Counted from the first letter of the stretch, positions 25,621-38,548 are shown. The stretch: DNA of 64,000 bases from Raja brachyura (GCA_963514005.1 OY740809.1:20832001-20896000), one strand, 5' to 3'. The notes: generated by a model not told the origin, from the letters alone. Program-made: numbers and translations.

Positions 25621-26291
25621 AACCAGTTGACGAACATGCGATTACATTTGCAAAGGACATATCTTTACATGATCCAATCCCAGCACCGGGGGAGCACTCT
25701 GATCCACAAGTCAACATGAAAGGAGATTTAATTTTCCCAGTCCCAGTGTCTGGAGACGAGAACCGAACTCGAGTAAGGAATAAGATAATCCCCAATACCC
25801 CTGACGTCGCTGCCTTTGATTGTAATGACACGGAAGATGGTCTCGAAAGTCCCACGTTATCCCGGGGGACGCTCAAACGGAGCCTGCAGCTTGACTGGGA
25901 GGGGAACAACGCAAGTAGAGTTGACAAGTTGGTGAAAACTGTACATGGGGAACGCGTACATGCCAAGGACGGCCAGCCAACAGTGCCCAGGGGGAATGGC
26001 GCTCTAGGAGAGGGAGCACAGTTTATGAGACAGTCTCCCATGAAGAGGGACTTCACCGTGGAGCCACAGACCTGTCCCACTCTGTTCTCCTCGGGTTATG
26101 GCAGCAATCTGGCGTCTGCCGAAATAAATGAGAGTGAATCTGGAAGAACAAGCAGCAGAGATTTCGAGTTGTCATCCTCCATACCGGATGGAGACATTCT
26201 GTCTCTTTCAGAAAATGAATTGGGATTTTCCACTGGTAATGAATGTGATGATATTAGTTTAGGCCAGATGGGGCATCTGAGCCAGGACATG
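25197..26291 (+). CDS. MACF1: Alternative first coding exon (isoform-3/a3 type), 365 aa, MGTTLGCVRKQRE...SSGYGS...SQDM, splicing to CH2
   Basis: Strong Kozak context acaATGG; donor ATG|gttagt at 26291 is phase 0, matching the 30168 acceptor. Resembles the recalled mammalian MACF1 isoform-3 start MGNSLGCVKE...PKKRVRFKRR and its SSGYGS motif. Confidence 0.88.
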
Positions 26292-28365
26292 GTTAGTGGA
26301 AGCTTCTTGATATTATGAAGAAACATAACTGATTATTTACTTATTTTCTCTTACACATTATGAATGTTCAATTGTGCATGCATTATTTTAAATAGCTGCT
26401 TCGTTCCAACACTCATAATTTGGTGCAGTTAATATTATTGGTACTGCATTCATTTCCTTGAAATTAAGTCAATTAAGAATTGATTTAATTAGTACCTGGC
26501 CCTTGATCATCTCTGTAGTTATAATTTATAATGATGTGTTTTCAGTAGGTTTTATTTGTGTGACCATGAATCATGTTGTTTACTGGAGTGCCGGCTGAAT
26601 ATAACAGGGTCATTATCCATTCCATAGCTGTTGATAGAGAAAGGTCCACTGTTTCTATTTCCTTGTGGGTCAGTGAGTGTTGGTGGGAAGGAGGATTCTG
26701 CTAACAGCTCCAATGGACCCCACTCCCATAGAATGAATTATATGTATTGCCTCTCCTCAGTTCTTTCACACAGAGCCCACATTGCGGCCACTCACACTGT
26801 AGTGTTTAGTGTGTAGTGTGAATTCAAGTTCCAGGTTCCTAACGTGTATAGGATTCTAGCTTGTATAGGATCCAAACTTGTATCGGATTGTCAAGTTTCA
26901 GGATCCTAACTTGTAACTTGTATCCTCAGGTGGGTGCTTTGGGTGCCTAATGGCAATCCTTTTGAAAAAATCTTCAATGTTCAAGGCATTGAGACCAGTG
27001 GGATTCCCCTCATATTTTTCAGCAAGTGACCGGTTATACAGATATCCACTGCAAATGTTCAAAGAAATTAAACATATTTTAGAGCTTCTTTAAAACAGAC
27101 CACTTTGACCAAGCTGTGTACATACACAACTGTCCACATGTCCCCTTCTGGCTCAGTGTTACTTTTCCTACAGATTGATTTTGCTGCTGTGAAGTACCTT
27201 GGGATATTTTGCTGTTAAAGATGCCAAGTAATCAGTTCTTCTATCAAGTACATCAAGTTCATGTGTTGATGTTTCTAATTTTGCGCACGCAACTATGTAC
27301 TTTGGTCCCATTACAGTACCATATAGCGAGATAAAGCTTAAGTGTTGATGGGATTGGGGAACAGTGTTGAAAACAATAAGTGGATCATTTTCAGATTGTC
27401 AGCAACTACTGCATAAATAATTACTAAGATGTCGCGACTTACAATTTGTACTGGCCACTTGTTCGAAGGACTGATTGTAATGTAACCAGCTATTCTGAGT
27501 GCTAGTGAGAAAGTAAGTTCTAAGGAAGGTGCAGAGACCCCAAAAGCATTTTGACTGGCAGATATGAGTCTATAACTATAGCAAAAAGAATTGAAAGTTG
27601 AGGAGGCAGCGCAGTGTTGGCCATATTGATAGGTGCGGGGTCACAAAGAAGGGCAATGATAAGGTTGATGTTACAATTATATTTTCTTGGCTGAACAATC
27701 GGTAGCTTTGGAGGCATATCCACAGGATAATAGATTGGACATTTTAGATTTGGATGGCACATGGTTCTTGGTACATAGATAGGATAGGTTTGGAGAGATG
27801 TTGGCCAAACTCAGGCAGTTGGGACTAGTGTAGCTGTGGGCAAGTTGGGCCAAAGGGACTGTTTCCACGCTGTATCACTATGACTATGGAACATATAATT
27901 ATTTGAACTCTGATGGATTTAAGTGTTGTCGTTTAGATTTAGATGTAGATTTAGGTCACATGAACCGAGATACTGAGAAAAGATTTTGTTTGTATGCTAT
28001 CCATTCAAAACAGATAATGCTATACATGGATACATGCAAGCCAACTGCAAGACAAAAGAGACCAGTGAATTATTTAGTGTTAAATGGAACAATTAAATTC
28101 TACACTTACAAGTACAACAGGTAGCACGTAGAGAAAAATATTAGAGTACAGCATTTTGTTACAAAATACTAGGTTTTCAAGAGAGTCAAGAGTGTTTAAT
28201 TGTCATATGTCCCAGATAGTACAATGAAATTCTTACTTGCTGCAGCACAACAGAATATGTGAACATAGTACACTGTAAACAATATAATAAACGAGATAGG
28301 AAAAAAAAAGTTCAGTGTGTGCATATATAGACAGACTCACAAATACACACATACATAGATATAGA

Positions 28366-28558
28366 CTCAGTGAGTGGGGCAGCATCTATGGAGCGAGGGA
28401 AATAAGCAACGGTTCGGGTCAAGACCCTTCTTCTAAAGAAGGGTCTCGACCCGAAACGTTGCCTATTTCCCTCGCTCCATAGATGCTGCCTCACCCGTTG
28501 AGTTTCTCCAGCATTTTTGTCTACCTTCAATTTTCCAGCATCTGCAGTTCCTTCTTAA
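28366..28558. mobile_element. Hairpin-form Penelope-derived insertion with 17-bp TSD (one mismatch)
   Basis: Palindrome centred at about 28432; acatacatagatataga at 28349-28365 and acatacataaatataga at 28559-28575. Confidence 0.85.
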
Positions 28559-29224
28559 ACATACATAAATATAGATATATTTCATGATCTTATGGCTAAA
28601 TTAATTGAGTATGGTTGGGTCATTTGGGTAAGTAGCACTCTTTATAGACACTTCCAAATAGAAAACGACATTTTTCAACATCTTAATTTTTTTGTTTAAA
28701 GCATTTATGACAAATTTAGGGTTTAACAGAAAATATAAATGCTGTCAAAAGTAATTCAGCATGTTGTAGGACAAGGACACAAGTATGGTTGCGATTTTAA
28801 TAAAGCTCCAACTATAAAAACGATGGCTCATTTGTGCTTGAGCCAAATTAATCAAAAACTAGCATCATAATAATAGTGGTCTATCTAATTTTAGCACCTG
28901 CCGACAAAGTATTTTATGCAACTATTCTAAATAAAGATTAAGATTACAGATCCTGAACAGACAACTGGTAAATTACCTCACAATGCATTATACTTCAAAC
29001 TTCAACAATGGAATTGCTGCTTATAGTTTGTATTTGGGATCGATTTTGCAGAATATGAATACTGTAAATCAAAATTAGCTTATTACCACAAATATTTCAC
29101 TCTACATTATTTCATTTGGTTTTCAGGATTTCTGTCCACTTTAAATCTTTTATTTTATCCTGAAACTCATCAAAGGTTCAGAGTTACTCTAATTTGTGCC
29201 TCTTGTGCAACTGACCCCTTTTCC

Positions 29225-29325
29225 CCCGACCAATCGTCTGAAGAAAGGTCTCGACCCGAAATGTCACCCTTTCCTTCTCTCCAGGGATGCTGCCTGTCCC
29301 GCTGAGTTACTCCAGCATTTTGTGT
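29225..29325 (+). mobile_element. Short Penelope-derived repeat with a hammerhead-like core
   Basis: gtctgaagaaaggtctcgacccgaaatgtcaccc...gatgctgcctgtcccgctgagttactccagcattttgtgt. Confidence 0.75.
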
Positions 29326-30167
29326 GTAATTCTATGTTTGACTGGCTAACTATGGAAATCAATTCCTGGACCACTGCTTTTCTACATTTCTAATACATTC
29401 CATGAAGCCATGAATCTTTCACCAGGATTTTGCACGCGTTTTCTGGTTAATTTTCATTTGATGATGCTGTTGTGAAGCACCATGTTTTATATTATGATAT
29501 ATAAATACTTGTCGTTCTAAGTGATGCAACTGTCCTGCGGTGCTTTAAACTAACTTCTTGATTATCTTTTAATGGTTCTGTTTGCGATGCTGCCTATCAT
29601 ATTCTCCTCTGTAAAAGTCCAATTTTATTTATATTCTCAAATATTGGACGGAATAAACACTTTTTAGGTAAAAAAAATTCCCGTTGTGCTTGGGAAAAGC
29701 ATCTTATTTTATTGGACCACAGCACTCACAATTAATTTAAACCAATTTTCAGAAATGTCCTTACTTTGGATTGCCAACTTTTGAATCCAATTTTTAAGAA
29801 ACCATCCATTATAATTGCTATGATTTGGTTTATCGCCTTAACATATAAATTAAACCAGTCCTTGCTTGTATTGTTCAGATTTGGCCATTTTGAAGATGTA
29901 AAGTTCTATGTAAAACGTGTATGATAACAATAACTTCATTTGACAATTTTGTTCCTCAAAAAGCTAGATAGGAACAACTAAGAGTGGTTGTTGGTACTTT
30001 GTGCAGATTTGATCAAAATAATGAATGCTGATTCGGATGTTGTCTTTTCGAATGTCATTAAAATGAGTATATTCTTAAGATAGTTTAACTGTGGGCAAGA
30101 CTTTTGTGTCAGCAGTATGTATTTTAAATGATTTGGGATACTTACCTTTAGAAATTTTCCTTTGCAG

Positions 30168-30334
30168 ATCTCAGAAATTTATGTGAGTGGAGAATCTGGT
30201 GACATGTCTGCTAAAGAAAAGCTGCTACTTTGGACACAGAAGTTGACTGAAGGCTATTCTGGGTTAAAGTGTTCCAATTTTACTTCCAGTTGGAGCGATG
30301 GAAAAGTATTTAATGCTATCATCCACAGATACAG
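30168..30334 (+). CDS. MACF1: Exon, CH2: [55 protein letters not shown](R)
   Basis: tttgcag|ATC...AG|gtgaat, 167 nt, phase 0/2. Confidence 0.96.
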
Positions 30335-30692
30335 GTGAATTATTACAATCGCTCTTCAAAATTAACAAGGAAGTTGTGTTAAGTACAGTATATTCGTTGG
30401 AAAAACGTGGTCAGGATTATCCCCTTGAGCTTCCTGTGCTATTCTACCAGTTATTTAAATTATAGCTGATCTGAACAACAGGACCTCAATGAAAAATGCC
30501 AGGCTTCGGTGTGTATCTTCAATAAAGTGCAAATATCACATTGCTTTCAAACTTGCTTTAGTGTTGATTTACCTCACCTGTGCTAATTTCTAATCTTTTT
30601 ATCTATTAATCTTTAAAATAATTACTACAGTTTAAAGATTTTTAAGTGTCTGGTTTTGAATGGCATTAACCTTTTAAAAAGATCTTTGATGA

Positions 30693-30740
30693 TCATGGTT
30701 GAATGGTTACAAAAGTTCATGGTTGAATGGTTACAAAAGT
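30693..30740. repeat. Exact 24-bp tandem duplication
   Basis: tcatggttgaatggttacaaaagt x2. Confidence 0.9.
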
Positions 30741-31330
30741 TAGGTGTGGTCACAGTAAATGAGTAAGATGAGTGCGAGGAGTGGGCCTGATCTACCCTAA
30801 TGGTTGGAATAGTGAGGAGGTAGTGAGCAACATTGTAGGCTATTGGAGATCCTGCAAGAAGGAAGGTTGATGAGGTGCATTAAAAAAACCCACAAAAGTG
30901 CTAGACTATCAGTGGGTCAGGTAGTATCTCTGAAGAACATGAGTAGGTGATATTTCATGTCATCATAAGATGGTGTTCTTAACACTTAAGTAACAAGTGT
31001 TTTCTGTGTAAGCATTTATTTGTTGAAGGTTTAAAGACAATTTTTAAATCTGCATGTTCTACATGTATAACATCCGGTTAGACCCTAACGGCAGTATTTA
31101 CACCAGATCTACCGCCACATTATTTCAAGAATATGATTGGACCAGAGAGATAGATTTCCAGGATACTCCAGAACAGGAAAACTAGCAATGGGGAAGGATT
31201 GGGGTTGTAAATTCAAATGTGGAGCATAAAATTAAAAGGAATATAAATAATGTCAAGAGTCACAAGTGTTTTTTTGCCATGTGTCCCAGATAGAACAATG
31301 ACATTCTTACTTGCTGCAGCATGACAGAAT

Positions 31331-31481
31331 NNNNNNNNNNNNNNNNNNNNNNNNNNNNNNNNNNNNNNNNNNNNNNNNNNNNNNNNNNNNNNNNNNNNNN
31401 NNNNNNNNNNNNNNNNNNNNNNNNNNNNNNNNNNNNNNNNNNNNNNNNNNNNNNNNNNNNNNNNNNNNNNNNNNNNNNNNN
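31331..31481. other. Assembly gap (151 N)
   Basis: N run inside a repeat also seen at about 28190-28320. Confidence 0.99.
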
Positions 31482-32181
31482 CAAAAATAATAATCATAAT
31501 AGTCTATTGAAGTTCAGAGCTTATTTAAGCTTGTAATGTTTAATAGCTTGATGGTTGTAGGGAAGAAGCAAGATGGATAGGAAGTTTGTGTTTCTCTCAG
31601 CACGGAAGTCAGGAAACTCTGTGCATGCATGTGAAGTATTTGGCTGAAAAATAGGAGCTCTAAAGAGAATGTTTCTACCTGGAAGGTTAGATGGGCTTGG
31701 AGCTCACTGTCAGAAAGGCATGTTAAGGCAGGAACACTTATCTGTGAAATGGTGTAGCCTGTAATGCTCTCATATCCGAGCTGGAAGTGGAATTAGGCTG
31801 CATATTTTTCTCCAGCCAGCAAGTTGGCTTTTGAGTCAAATGACAGCCTCTGTATCATGAATGTTTGTGATTTGAAATGTGTCAAAGCAACATAGCAAAT
31901 TATCACATTCTTTCCTACACAAATTATCACTATTACCTGGATAAAGTCTTTAAAATTTTACTCTGGGAGCATAAGAAAAAAACATTATTAGTGTACCCAC
32001 ATTACAAATGTCCTATTCCCAGGTTAAAAATGTTTTACTTTCTGCATGCAACTGAATGTTTGGATTTGCTGCATACAGTACATTGAATCTCAAAACAAAA
32101 ATACATGATTGAAAGGATTAGTATCTTTAATACAAGAAATGTGAGTGCATTGAAAGTCAATTGGATACTTGCTTTTTACAG

Positions 32182-32294
32182 ACCAGACCTCATTGACATG
32201 GAGAAAGTTTCCATTCAGAGCAATCAAGAGAATCTGGAGCAAGCCTTTGCCGTTGCTGAATCACTTGGTGTCACAAGACTGTTGGATCCAGAAG
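32182..32294 (+). CDS. MACF1: Exon, CH2: [37 protein letters not shown]
   Basis: tttacag|A...G|gtacat, 113 nt, phase 2/1. Confidence 0.95.
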
Positions 32295-32784
32295 GTACAT
32301 TTGGTTCTGATTATTGTTATGCATCAGTTTGTTCCAAGAAGCTCCAAATCAGTCAGGACTAAGCAGCCCACTTGACTGGTATCCCATCCTCCATCCTAGA
32401 CATTTATGTTCACTTGTGCCCACTTGGTGCAGTGTGTTCAATCCACAAAATGGATTACAGTTCCTTGGGTAATTCCAGCAGCGCTTCCTAACCCTTAGGA
32501 AGCCCTACTGCCAGGAGGAACAAAGACAACAGGTATATGGGACACAACTACTTGCAGATTTCCCTCCCAGATTATACACCATCCTAACTTGGAAATGCAT
32601 TGTGAATCCTGGAATACTGCCCTGGATGCATTTGTGAAACTACTTTCACCAGTGGAACTGCAGTGATTCAAGAAGGAATCTTATCACCACCTTTATAAGC
32701 TCACTTAGAATTGGACAATAAATGATATAATTGTCAGTAATTATTAACTCTCAAAAACTGTGATAGCAAAGAAGGGTGCGTCAG

Positions 32785-33007
32785 TAGACAATAGACAATA
32801 GGTGCAGGAGTAGGCCATTCGGCCCTTCAAGCCAATGTGATCATGGCTGATCATCCCCAATCAGTACCTCGTTTCTGCCTTCTCCCCATATCCCCTGACT
32901 CCGCTATCTTTAAGAGCCCTATCTAGCTCTCTCTTGAAAGTATCCAGAGAACCAGCCTCCACCGCCTTCTGAGGCAGAGAATTCCACAGACTCACAACTC
33001 TCTGTGA
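32785..33007 (-). mobile_element. Young CR1 3' end
   Basis: Reverse complement of about 21850-22080; SQRVVSLWNSLPQKAVEAGSLDTFKRELDRAL. Confidence 0.85.
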
Positions 33008-33837
33008 GTCTGTGGAATTTACCTTAAAAAAAAAGATCATGGCCATGGTGCTTTTTGTTATAGTACTTGTTTGCTTTTAGGACATGTATAAATGGACAAT
33101 AATGCGGTCTTTTATAATGACATTCACATCCTGGAAATAAGTAAAATGAGAATATGAGATAAATATGCCTTAACTAAAATATTGACAAATCTGGGACTTT
33201 TCGAACATATGACAGCTTGAATTTATGAGAAGGAAGTTATGTTTGACAGATGTATTGGATTATTTGAGGATTTATATAGTCAAGCAGATAAGGGAAACCA
33301 GTCGATAAGATGTATTTGCATTTTCTGAAGCCTTTTACCCAGATCCCAAACAAGCAACTGCTGAACAAAGTGCATGTGCAAAGTGCATGTACATGTGCAA
33401 TATGGAAAGTAATTAGGGCCTCAAGGTTCAGGCCATTGGCCTGGGAGATACCGCTGATGTTGATTGGCCTATACCTGAAATTAATTTGAAGATTTTGTGC
33501 GGAAAAAGGCTTGTATTTTTCCAATATCTCAGAAGTGTAGGCATCACTGTTGGGCGCTGGACCATAATTTTTAAGCCTTAATGCTTGAGGTCCAGATGTT
33601 CAAACACCCTTTTCCTGAAACATTTAAAGTCTGTGTTGACCTCTCAAGGCACTAATGAATTTCATCCCCAAGATGTGCCTTTGCCAAGAGGTGCCTCCCA
33701 AGATGTGGGAAGTGGCCCACCTTCTCTGGTGTTTCAACATGGACTTTTGTTGTCAGGTGACAGAATGCTGCAGCAGACACTTGGTCTTTAATTATCAAAT
33801 GTAAAGTTAATTCTCTGTTTGCTTTACTGAATAAGTT

Positions 33838-34090
33838 GACAATAGGTGCAGGAGTAGGCCATTCGGCCCTTCGAGCCAGCACCGCCATTCAATGTGATCA
33901 TGGCTGATCATCCCCAATCAGAACCCCATTCCTGCCTTTTCCCCATATCCCCTGACTCCGCTATCTATAACAGCTCTATCCAGCTCTCTCTTGAAAGCAT
34001 CCAGAGAACCTGCCTCCACCGCCCTCTGAGGCAGAGAATTCCACACACTCACAACTCTCTGTGAGAAAATGTGTTTCCTCGTCTCCGTTC
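33838..34090 (-). mobile_element. Young CR1 3' end (same subfamily)
   Basis: Reverse complement of about 21825-22072. Confidence 0.85.
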
Positions 34091-35144
34091 AATGTCTTGG
34101 AGTTCTCTCAACCAGCGATGTTTAAACCAAACTTGTGAAAATGTCAGAGTAGTTCAACTTTGATGGTAGAAAGAGGTTGCCTGGTGAACAGGAAGAGATT
34201 CTAATATGTTCTCAGAGCAATTTTGAAGAGCAACTTTCTCATTGATTTCAGGGAAACTCTGGCCCCTGAGTGCTCCAAATGGAGAAGTCTTGTTTAGGAT
34301 AATATTGACATACTCAAGACAACGCTTGAGAAGAACACAAAAGCCCTGTTCAAAAGCCCAAGCAGCAGCAGGAACATACCACCTCACAAAGTGCCCACCC
34401 GCCTGCCTGTGGCCACCCATGTCCGTGTCCATGTCCGTGGAAGTGTCAGATATTGTACCACTGACCTCATTAGTGAACTCAGAACCTACAGTAATTATGT
34501 GGAAATAATTCATCATTAATCCTGAGGGATGCCAAAAAAAGGAAATGAAGAAGGACCTGTTTCCACACTGTATCACTCAACGACTCTATAACTCTAATAG
34601 ATAAAAAAGAGTATCTCTGAAACACACAGCCCACTTCAATCAAGCTGGCCGTGATGCCTACCTATGCTAATCCCATTTGCCTGCATCAGGCTCATATTTC
34701 ACTACCTTTCTTGTCTGGTTATCCGTCCAAATGCCTTTTAAATGTTATGACAGGATCTTCCTCCTCTACCTCTTCTGGCAGCTCAATCCAAATATTCCGC
34801 ATCCTCTGTGTGAATAATTACTCTTCGTGGGTTGATTTGCTTCCTACGCAGCTTAAACTGGTGCCCTCCAAATCTAGACTCTCCTGCCATGGGAAAGAAA
34901 TTCTGACTAACTGTGACACTCATAATTTCAAAATCTCTGAGGTCACCCTCTCATCCTCCTGAGGAATAAGGGGAGGCGATGTGTGATAAATAGATAAGGA
35001 GAAATCTCTTTGTACAGTGAATGGTTCATCTCTGGAATTTCATTTGAGGGCTTTGACAGCTCAGGCATTCAAAATGAGTTTGATTATTTTTAATATATTA
35101 GAGCAATGAAAGAAAATAAGAATATGACAAACAAAAATGATGAA

Positions 35145-35350
35145 TCAGTCTGAAGAGGGGTCTCGACCCGAAACGTCGCCTATCTCCTTCGCTCCTTAGA
35201 TGCTGCTGCACCTGCTGAGTTTCTACGGCCTTTTGTGTACCCTTAACAATGATCTTGTTGAATGGGGAGTGGACAAAATTGCTGGAGAAACTCAGTGGGT
35301 GAGGTAGCATCTATGGAGCGAAGGAATAGGCGACATTTCAGGTCAAGCCC
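35145..35350. mobile_element. Two adjacent Penelope-derived repeats in opposite orientation
   Basis: + copy 35145-35243 with an intact CTGAAGA...GAAAC core; - copy about 35270-35350 flanked by cttgttgaatgg repeats. Confidence 0.75.
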
Positions 35351-35505
35351 CTTGTTGAATGGTGAAGTCTGTTCAAAGGACAAATAGCCCCCCTCATGTT
35401 AATTGTTTGTATACATGTTTTGGAAGAAGGAAGCTATTGCATGTATTTGATCTATCTTTTCTGAATAACTGGTACTGCTGAATTAACATGGACTTGTTCT
35501 TTCAG

Positions 35506-35612
35506 ATGTTGATGTCCCATCACCCGATGAGAAATCAGTGCTCACTTACGTCTCCTCTATTTATGAATCATTCCCCAAGGTCCCAGAAGGTGGTGAAGGT
35601 ATTACTGCAAAT
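35506..35612 (+). CDS. MACF1: Exon, end of CH2: [36 protein letters not shown]
   Basis: tttcag|AT...AAT|gtaagg, 107 nt, phase 1/0. Confidence 0.95.
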
Positions 35613-35799
35613 GTAAGGATTCATTCTTCCATACTTTTAATTTAACCTGGTTGCATATGTGAGGTGGAGGAATTCCAAGTGCAGGTGCTAAGTGTAACTA
35701 GTATTTTTCACATTAAATCACAAACAAATTCAGCTAATAATTTTCGTGATACAGTAAAACTACAGTTACAGTTTGTCACTTGAAAAATATGTAGATAAA

Positions 35800-36070
35800 T
35801 TTAAAGTACATAAGTTGAAGGTGAGGAGGAACAATTTAAGAGGAACCTGAGGGGTAACTTTTTTACACAAAGGGTGGTGAGTGTATGGCATGAGCTGCCA
35901 GAGGAGGTAGTTGAGGCAGGTACTATCACAGTGTTTAAGGAACATTTAGACAGGTACATGGATAGTATAGGTTTAAAGGGATATGGACTAAATGCCGACA
36001 GATGGGTCTGGTGTGGATGGGGCATGCTGATTGTTGTGGGCATGTTGGGTTGCAGGGCTTGTTTCTACGC
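35800..36070 (+). mobile_element. CR1 3' end
   Basis: VSVWHELPEEVVEAGTITVFKEHLDRYMD. Confidence 0.8.
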
Positions 36071-36436
36071 AGAATATGAACACAGTAAATCAAAGTTAAC
36101 TCAGAATGTGAGTACTTAGGTACACAGAACATGTTAAAAAAAGTTTTGTCATTGCAAATGTATTGTAGTTGAGTTTTAGTTTTTTAGCTTTAGAGACACA
36201 GCGCGCACGGTCCGCATTGACCGGAGATCCTTAAACGTGAGGAATGTGGGGAATCCGCTGTGGTGGATGTTTATATTAACTTTTATGTAGTTGTGTGTCT
36301 TGTTGCTTTTATTATTCATATGGTTTTATGGTAATTCGCATATCATTGTACCTTAATTGGTACATGTGGGAACAAAATACCTTTTAAACCTTTGAAGCTC
36401 TTTTTTTTCTCATTATTGTTGCTGTATTGATTCCAG

Positions 36437-36556
36437 GAGGTTGATTCCAAATGGGAGGAATACCAAGATAAAGTAAACTACCTCTTCCAGTGGATCAGGC
36501 AGCACATCAGGCGGATGTCCGATAAAGCTTTTCCACACAATCCTGTAGAACTTAAG
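36437..36556 (+). CDS. MACF1: Exon, plakin domain start: EVDSKWEEYQDKVNYLFQWIRQHIRRMSDKAFPHNPVELK
   Basis: ttccag|GAG...AAG|gtgatt, 120 nt. Confidence 0.95.
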
Positions 36557-38452
36557 GTGATTACTGGCATTTTATCCTGCTTTGTCCTTTACAATGAAGT
36601 AACCAAATTACATGTTCTCCTGATAAGTGAAACTCGGTGCATGTTTTCTTCCCATCCACTATTTGGACAAATGAGTTGCTGCAAGTCAAAAACGGAGTAT
36701 TATGTTGTGTACTCATTCCAGCTCTTATCCACATAATTAACTCATTTATATCTGAGATTCATTTGGTGAAGTTATACATTTGTCTGCAGACATAATAACG
36801 TTACTGAAATATTTTACTTCAAATAAATTAATTTAAATCTCCCAGAAGTCTCCGTAATTTGGAATGATAGCTGCGGTTTGCAAGATGTCTACTTGTAACA
36901 AATGTGGATACAGAAAATCATGAACCATAAGTAATATTTTGTTATAAATGGGTGAAATGGAAATATCCATTATAATGCATGTGGTTTGTCAAAGTTATTG
37001 TGAATTAATGTTGAAGGCAATGTATTAAACAACTGGAGCTGGCAGGGTGGATAAAGGATAAACAGTAAATTTGGATTTTCAGCAAAAAAAAATTATAAAA
37101 ATGAGCAGAACTACTGGGACTACTGTGGGTAATATGTTTGCAGTAGATTGAGGGTTGATTGAAGCAAACCAGGAATAAACAGGTAATTTTCAACTTGGAA
37201 GGATTTATTTAGTGCAGTTTTGGGGTAAATTACATACAGTTTGTAACAATGAATTTGATCTGCGTTTACTCCTGATATAAAGTTAGGTAAGAAAGTTGTT
37301 TGTGAAAAGGTTGTTAAAGAATGAAGAGTCAACCTTTACATTTGCCAAATGTTATCAACTGGAGCAATGAGCGTGGAAATGTTTTGATGTCAAATGTATT
37401 TTGATAGGAAGAAAATACATTTATTTTTAATGTAGAGATAATTAGAGAAAATTAGATATGTAAAATACAACAAGAAATCTACTGTCCTCTATTTCTTAAC
37501 ATCAAGCCAATTCCCTATCCTTTCAATCTTCCAACCTTCCCAACCACCCTACACTACCATGTTGCAGCTTCTCAAAGGCCTTGCTAAACTCCATGTAGAC
37601 AGCACCACCTGCACTGCCCTCAGCAATCATCTGGGTCACCTCTTTAAACAAACTCAAGCAAATTGGTGAGAACATGATTTCCCATGCACAAAGCCATGCA
37701 CTATATGCCTAATCCGTCCTTACCTTTCTGAAGTTGGATACAAAGAGTCAATGTGCAAATACATCAGTACATTAGCAAAGCAAGATCTGTTCGTCTTTAT
37801 TTTTAAGATTATGGCATGTCGGAGCAAGGCAATCTTACTGCACTTATGAAGGGAATATGGTGAATGTTTACTAGACCAAGTTGTGGATTGAAGGCCCTGA
37901 GCCTGATTACAGGAAGGTGGAGTTAAGGTCGAAGATCAGCTCTGATTGGAGCCGGGGCAAATGCTGATTATTTTAAAATATATATATAATTTGACTTTGG
38001 TTTAAATTTATTAAAAAACTGTTTTAACTGATGTCAATTGCATTGATTCTTGTTTATAGGATAGGGCATTCGATTTTTCCTAGTATATGAAATCAGGTGA
38101 CTAATGATCAAATGTACAATGCACCAAATTAACTTTTATATTGGAGATCTGACTGGTTTTCATTTCTATACCGTACACTGCCTTGAGTGTTTACATTAGA
38201 AAGGGATGAAGAAATGAAGAAGCTTGAATGCAAACTCTCCTGGAGTAAATTACAATAACAATGTTTGTGGCGGAGAGAAGACTGAAGCCTGCAGCCCAGG
38301 CAGTTGACTCTTGGCTAAAAGAAGACATGTATTTGTAGAAAAATAAAGTGAATGGATATATTAATTATTTTAAACTGGCATGTTCTCCACTAAGCATGTG
38401 CAAGCGGTTTCTTTTCACTGATTGAACGTTTCCTTTCCCTTCTCTCCCTCAG

Positions 38453-38548
38453 GCACTTTATAATGAATATGTACATTTTAAAGAAACCGAATTACCAGCA
38501 AAAGAACTAGAAAAGGCACAAATACAACATTTGTACAAATTGTTTGAG
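38453..38548 (+). CDS. MACF1: Exon: ALYNEYVHFKETELPAKELEKAQIQHLYKLFE
   Basis: ccctcag|GCA...GAG|gtaaga, 96 nt. Confidence 0.95.

Noticed and set aside
25157-26080. 307-aa - strand ORF as an antisense gene
   Set aside because: Shadow of the GC-rich MACF1 alternative first exon; no recognisable domain.
26820-26925. Short ~17-bp repeat cluster (aggatcctaacttgtat-like) as a CRISPR-like array
   Set aside because: Degenerate minisatellite with no unique spacers, in a eukaryotic intron.
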